A DNA stretch of 64,000 nt, taken from assembly GCA_965113315.1 (NCBI GenBank), contig OZ220366.1, one strand, 5' to 3'. Position numbers and translations under genes: made by a program. This stretch comes from Podarcis vaucheri (Eukaryota). Shown piece after piece: positions 60,601-64,000 of the stretch. Position 1 is the first letter of the stretch. Every line of letters begins with the position of its first letter. The notes under the pieces were generated by a model. That model did not search any database, had not been told where the DNA came from, and saw only the letters and a list, made by a program, of their open reading frames with translations.

Positions 60601-61581
60601 GCCCTCCCGCATGCGGATGAGATTGTACGCCCCTCGCAGGTCCAACTTGGTGAACACGCGTCCCTTGCGCACCGTCGCGAGGAGGTCGTCAATCCTGGGC
60701 ATGGGGTAATCAGACGGTTTGGTCATCTGGTTCAAAAGGCGGTAGTCCACAACTAGTCTTTTTTGGGGCGTGTCTTTCTTTTTCACGAAGAAAACGGGAC
60801 TGCCCCCCACTGCCTTGGACTCTCTGATGAAGCCACGCTCCAGATTATGCTCGATGAACTGTTTGAGTTCCTGCATTTCATCTTCAGACATGGAGTATAG
60901 CCGCCCCTTCGGCAGCGTCGCCCCCGGTAGGAGGTCAATCTTGCAGTCATATGGCCGGTGAGGGGGTAGCTTGTCCGCCTCCTTCTCGCAGAAGACCTCC
61001 AAAAAGCTCGCGTATTTGTGGGGGACCGCTTGCAACGTTCCCAACTGCAGTTGTGATTCCTCCTCCTCTCCCTCCCGTCGGGGCAGGATGCAGTGTTCTG
61101 CGCAATAAGAGGAGCCGAAGATCAGTTGTCTCTGGTACCAAGCCAGTGTCGGACTGTGCCTGTCCAGCCAACTCATGCCCAACACAATGGGCGTGTCCGA
61201 CAGTTGGGTGACATTAAAACTGATGACTTCCCTGTGGTTGCCAAGGCGCATCACCATCGGTGGCGTCTGCTTCACCACCTGCCCCCCTAGCAACTCTCTG
61301 CCATCCACTGTGACGACTTGCAGGGGCAGAGTGGCAGGCAATAGCTGTATAGCGTGCTGCTCCACAAAGCTCTGCGCTATAAAGTCTGCGTTGCTTCCAG
61401 AATCCACAGAAAGCGGCACTTCGATAGTGACGCCGTCGGGTAGCTGGAGAGATGCTGTGAGCTGCACTACTGGTTTGGGTGGGAGGGGATCCGTGGGTTG
61501 CAAGATTGCTGGGGACTGCTTCACAGATGCGTCTGGCTGGGCCCCAGTGCCTCCGTCTCCAGCCAGACATCGTCGTTTCCC
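56983..61581 (-). CDS. pol: Pol (PR-RT-RNase H-integrase-chromodomain-long acidic tail), expressed as a ~1870-aa Gag-Pol by -1 frameshift
   Basis: Uninterrupted ORF 56983-61698. Protease VDSGS; RT KLDLRGAY, MPFGL, FLDD; RNase H TDASD, ELLAI, TDHKNL, ADALSR; integrase HHCC, LDF, SDRG, GQAER; GPY motif; chromodomain-like EVTEILDSRW...NSWVP. Confidence 0.95.
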   Translation of the reverse strand, partial: GKRRCLAGDGGTGAQPDASVKQSPAILQPTDPLPPKPVVQLTASLQLPDGVTIEVPLSVDSGSNADFIAQSFVEQHAIQLLPATLPLQVVTVDGRELLGGQVVKQTPPMVMRLGNHREVISFNVTQLSDTPIVLGMSWLDRHSPTLAWYQRQLIFGSSYCAEHCILPRREGEEEESQLQLGTLQAVPHKYASFLEVFCEKEADKLPPHRPYDCKIDLLPGATLPKGRLYSMSEDEMQELKQFIEHNLERGFIRESKAVGGSPVFFVKKKDTPQKRLVVDYRLLNQMTKPSDYPMPRIDDLLATVRKGRVFTKLDLRGAYNLIRMREGDEWKTAMFTPLGTYEYRVMPFGLQNGSHCFQAFKHHVLEGLLYKTCVCFLDDILIFSDSQQAHDRDVREVLSRLQQHRLYTKLEKCQFDTTEVDFLGYKLSDKGIAMDSTKVRAVLDWKSPRNRKEVQRFVGFANFYRKFIKGFAMQTAAITDTLSSKKKKFIWTEQAEQSFQALKHLFASEKQLLHIDPSKPLRVETDASDRAVGAVLLQRDPQGVWRPGAFYSRKLSKSEQNYTIWDRELLAIHAAFKAWRHFLIGAKHTVQVCTDHKNLEHWRTAQFLNQRQIRWAEFFADFNFRIEYVPGDTNIMADALSRKPQYLEEVTPAAAMHIFAPTAWACASATVDLDAVRRALRDDSFAQDKMAELLRGTATTDEFQVRDGLLLRKGAVYVPGDDLRAKVLQQLHDAPTAGHFGTEKTMELVARDFWWPRLRGEVADYVARCDTCQRAKPVHRPPAGLLEPLQTPFEPWERVALDFVTDLPSSRGKTAVLVVVDLFTKMAHFIPCAKVATAEQTAKLFIDHVFKVHGLPRSILSDRGRQFISSFWQKLMGFLHVKVNLASARHPQTNGQAERVNAIMQQYLRCYANQQPATWVDYLPLAEFAYNNTKHVSTGVTPFFANNGRNPRTFPGLERVGEGEPQTADAFASELQAVHDQLRRQLELAKHAYKVQADKHRRVGEVIQVGDWVWLAAHAVPTRSLAKKKLGHKQIGPYQVEAQINPVAFRLALPEGSRMHPVFHRSVLTPYKAPHRFQEPGTAPSPLRERTETREVKHQDHINEVTEILDSRWGEEGVEYLLAREGTRASANSWVPDYALEEPLLKDEFHALFPHKPMPASFFDDWLFTPTLSSSTFHGFDSEGEPARSTRSPEGSPAGSASGNSYWWDDRPEERWRRKWLEMPGRATDAETDMDVFGEDLGFEHGGTEMEEQQVHVDDREGEDSEVFSWRPPTGSDLYPAFPPMMMERPAPTPDSGEGGRGGFEGGMDVRGSEAETQRRVETESEGEEAEGRMSDDDDPRSPSLSSESEDSQKGAPVSRARGGSGGTPQEEGNRGDSESSSWKSGPTLITEGGSSWKSGPTLKTESSREEGSQASGSGGCQQEGGHESGVVTPSSESEATVKRKVESWARAPSSNAAEAGAVSSPESEPGPKARRKEAEGSGGSASEESRREEAQGGRRTQRRRERRRRWSKARVLSWCARGGDSDGSSPT
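57656..57691 (-). promoter_or_regulatory. Polypurine tract (...GAGGGGGGGATGGA|TGTCA)
   Basis: Purine run immediately 5' of the 3' LTR on the element strand. Confidence 0.85.
61509..61581 (-). promoter_or_regulatory. -1 programmed ribosomal frameshift signal: GGGAAAC + 6-nt spacer + H-type pseudoknot
   Basis: Slippery heptamer at 61581-61575 links the gag frame (CAG GGA AAC) to the pol frame (GGG AAA CGA). Stem 1 GTCTGGCTGG/CCAGCCAGAC (10 bp), stem 2 CTGGGG/CCCCAG (6 bp). Confidence 0.88.
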
Positions 61582-62597
61582 TGCTGTGGTTCTCCTTGCT
61601 GCGTTGCTGCAGTCACCATTGCTGAGGCTGCAGTGTGCTTGTGGAGCCTCCGGGGACACTCCTTCGCCAAATGGCCTGGATCCTCGCAGATGTAACACTT
61701 CCTGTTCCCTCTAGGAGGCTTCGCTTTCCCTGCTGCCGGTGCTAGGGCTCTGGCTGCTGACTGAGCCCTTGCACCTCCAACCTCCATCGGTTCCCCTCCC
61801 CCTCCTGGCGGAGGTGTGGATTGCGCACGCGCTGCTTCCCTCGGAACGAAAGAGAAACTTCTCGCTGCTTCGCGCCCTCCACGTCCTTCATCTCTGCACC
61901 ATGGACGTTCTTCCAGCCTCACCCCCACAGTCAGCGCCCTTTGGACCACCTCCTGCGTGCTTCGGGGCCTCTCCCCCCTTGCAATTTCATCCTTAACCGC
62001 TGAACTTAGACCCTCCCAGAAGAGGTCTCTGACAGGGGGCGAATCCCGATCCCATTCTAAAGCACTGACCAGCGCAAAAAATCGGGCGTGATACTGCCGG
62101 ACGCTCGCCCTCCCTTGTTTTAGTCCATGAATCTCCCGTCTGGCAAGATCCACATCAATAGTAGACAAAAAACACGCATCCATCGCTTTGATAAAGGCAT
62201 CTGCATTCTGAAGCGCCGGATCTTTATCCCTCCACAAATTGCGCAGCCAGGCTTTGGCATCCCCATGCAAATGGGACAATATGAACCCCACCTTCTCTTC
62301 CTCATCTCTAAAGTCTTTTGCCAGCAGTTGCAGTGCGCACATTACGTCTGCTCTAAAATTAGGGTACTGTTGCAAAGTCCCATCGAAGTGAGCCACAAGC
62401 CCTCCTGCTCTCCGTGCCAATCCCACGCCCTCCGGTCTGGGTCCCGGTTGCCCTTGCTTAACAAGCATTTCAAACCTGGCGTGTAGGTCTCTGTAGGCGG
62501 CTGTAGTCTCCTCCTCCCGTTTCTTGGAAGCCAATACCTCTGAGGACAACTGGGTCACTGCCTCTTGCAGCGCGGAGATCCTCTGTTCTTCCGTCAT
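61521..62597 (-). CDS. gag: Gag (358 aa from the first ATG): N-terminal coiled coil, capsid-like region, EPMEVG motif, CCHC zinc knuckle
   Basis: ORF 61521-62630; first ATG (MTEEQ) at 62597 with A at -3. Motifs LKQGRASVRQYHARF, FWEGLSSAVKDEI and CYICEDPGHLAKEC (CX2CX4HX4C). Confidence 0.93.
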   Translation of the reverse strand: MTEEQRISALQEAVTQLSSEVLASKKREEETTAAYRDLHARFEMLVKQGQPGPRPEGVGLARRAGGLVAHFDGTLQQYPNFRADVMCALQLLAKDFRDEEEKVGFILSHLHGDAKAWLRNLWRDKDPALQNADAFIKAMDACFLSTIDVDLARREIHGLKQGRASVRQYHARFFALVSALEWDRDSPPVRDLFWEGLSSAVKDEIARGERPRSTQEVVQRALTVGVRLEERPWCRDEGRGGREAARSFSFVPREAARAQSTPPPGGGGEPMEVGGARAQSAARALAPAAGKAKPPRGNRKCYICEDPGHLAKECPRRLHKHTAASAMVTAATQQGEPQQGNDDVWLETEALGPSQTHL

Positions 62598-62694
62598 CTT
62601 GCTAACCTTTGTGAGCTCGCTTACAGACACCCCTCTTCCTCCCCTAGCGGCTTCTGCTCCCGCTGCGAGGTTTCAGGTTTCTGAAGCTTTGATG

Positions 62695-62705
62695 AGACGG
62701 GTCTT
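62695..62705 (-). promoter_or_regulatory. Primer-binding site, self-priming type (AAGACCCGTCT)
   Basis: Lies 2 nt after the 5' LTR, lacks the TGG of a tRNA PBS, and is the perfect complement of AGACGGGTCTT at 62855-62845 inside the LTR. Confidence 0.85.
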
Positions 62706-62707
62706 AC

Positions 62708-63506
62708 TGTCAGAGCTGCTACCAGGTCCCAGCTCACATAGGACCACGCCACACAGCGTCCACTTTAAAAGAGTCTTTATTGAGTTACAGGTTTCATTTC
62801 CGAACTGCAGCGTGCAGCTCTACACCTTCTGCTCTAGGTCGGCGAAGACCCGTCTGAGTCCCCGCCTCTTGCACACCAGCTTAATACCCTAGCCTTGCTC
62901 CACCTCCTTCGCCTCTCCCTACGTCTCTGGGTCCTTCTGCCCCCCTGGGCCTCCTCCCTTCTACTCTCCTCTGACGCTGACCCCCCTGATCCTTCTGCCT
63001 CCTTGCGGCGGGCTTTAGGACCTGGCTCACTCTCCGGGCTGCTTACTGCTCCAGCTTCCGCTGCATTTGAACTTGGCGCGCGCGCCCAACTCTCTACTTT
63101 CCTCTTAACCGTTGCCTCGCTCTCTGAGGAGGGCGTGACCACCCCTGACTCGTGCCCTCCCTCCTGCTGACAGCCTCCGGAACCCGATGCCTGGCTACCT
63201 TCCTCCCTGCTGCTCTCAGTCTTGAGCGTGGGTCCCGACTTCCAGCTGCTGCCGCCCTCAGTTATGAGCGTGGGTCCCGACTTCCAGCTGCTGCTCTCTG
63301 AATCTCCTCTGTTCCCTTCCTCCTGGGGTGTCCCCCCGGATCCCCCCCTTGCTCTGCTCACTGGGGCTCCCTTTTGGGAGTCCTCTGACTCACTGCTTAG
63401 GCTTGGAGATCTCGGGTCGTCATCATCACTCATTCTCCCTTCGGCTTCCTCCCCCTCGCTCTCTGTTTCCACCCTTCTCTGCGTCTCTGCTTCTGAACCC
63501 CTGACA
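62708..63506 (-). repeat. 5' LTR (799 bp)
   Basis: Direct repeat of 56857-57655 at offset 5851; translations of overlapping ORFs are identical in both copies. Confidence 0.97.
62855..62886 (-). promoter_or_regulatory. LTR core promoter: TATTAA box (62886-62881) and predicted TSS at 62855
   Basis: TATA-like box starts 31 nt upstream of an Inr-like CTCAGA whose A begins the self-primer sequence. Confidence 0.65.
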
Positions 63507-63592
63507 CCCACGTTGGGCAAAAGTTTCCTGCAGTGCAGGGGCTGGACTGGATGACCCTCATGGTCCCTTCCAACTCTACAATTCTATGATTC
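63507..63592 (+). mobile_element. 3' half (CR1-like tail) of the split SINE
   Basis: cccacgttgggc completes the tRNA-Lys acceptor arm, then ggactggatgaccctcatggtcccttccaactctacaattctatgattc forms a CR1-type 3' end. Confidence 0.8.
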
Positions 63593-64000
63593 CAGCCAGG
63601 CAAAAGCATTCAAGGAGGGTACAAAGCAGGGCCAGTGAGGGGCAGGGATAATCCCAACAGCCAGATCGGCTTGGAGAGCCACACTTGGCCCCAGGCCTAA
63701 AGTTCCCTAGCCCTGAACCAATGGATGAGTGCAAGAAATATTACCATCTTTGCCACTTTACTTAAGCATCACTTTATACTGTAAGTGTCTCAAGGCAACC
63801 CAAACCACAAAATACTACATACAACACTAAAAAAAAAAAAAGAGATCATGCACCAATCTAAACATCCCAATCCTAGCTTTCTGTACAATCACCATGAACA
63901 GCAGACTGAAACAAAATGCAGACTGTTAAATAGGAGGAAAAAAATAATAACAACAGGCAGGTGCCTGGATGGAAATTTTCAGTCTGATGCTGAAAAGGCG

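Larger units (their letters stand above)
56857..63506 (-). mobile_element. Full-length Ty3/Gypsy LTR retrotransposon, Tf1/sushi (chromovirus-like) lineage, 6650 bp
   Basis: Two 799-bp direct repeats bounded by TGTCA...TGACA, 5-bp TSD CCCAC (56852-56856 and 63507-63511), intact gag and pol in the order PR-RT-RH-IN-chromodomain, PPT and PBS present. Confidence 0.98.

Noticed and set aside
62834-63520. 228-aa minus-strand ORF as a separate gene
   Set aside because: It is the 5' LTR copy of the Pol tail frame. Its start is a non-ATG codon in the flanking SINE, and U3 of the 5' LTR lies upstream of the predicted TSS.

Overview
Vertebrate genomic DNA, almost certainly a squamate and probably a lacertid lizard (Sauria-type SINEs, Squam3-like SINE, BovB, CR1 and L2 fragments, many Tc1/mariner and hAT MITEs). 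It holds the large last coding exon of ENDOD1 (+, 4069-5196) tail-to-tail with SESN3 (-). Nine SESN3 coding exons (2-10) map between 20042 and 35028 with canonical GT-AG junctions and a probable ~9 kb 3' UTR. Exon 1 of each gene was not found and presumably lies outside the window. The main feature is an apparently intact, very young Ty3/Gypsy (Tf1/sushi, chromovirus-like) LTR retrotransposon at 56857-63506. It lies in the presumed SESN3 intron 1, in sense orientation, inside a tRNA-Lys-derived SINE. It has 799-bp LTRs with no mismatch seen by eye, a CCCAC target-site duplication, an 11-nt self-priming PBS instead of a tRNA PBS, and a PEG10-type GGGAAAC + H-type pseudoknot -1 frameshift signal. 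Its chromodomain lacks the aromatic cage. Pol continues ~375 aa past the chromodomain, through the PPT and all of U3, and stops in R. This tail carries FxGF/DxFG motifs resembling LEDGF/TFIIS-N-domain interacting motifs, suggesting a possibly undescribed integration-tethering mechanism. A 1.74-kb ORF-less, apparently full-length L1-mobilised element (24097-25840) is also notable. All coordinates and comparisons were made by eye; reference protein sequences are recalled from memory.
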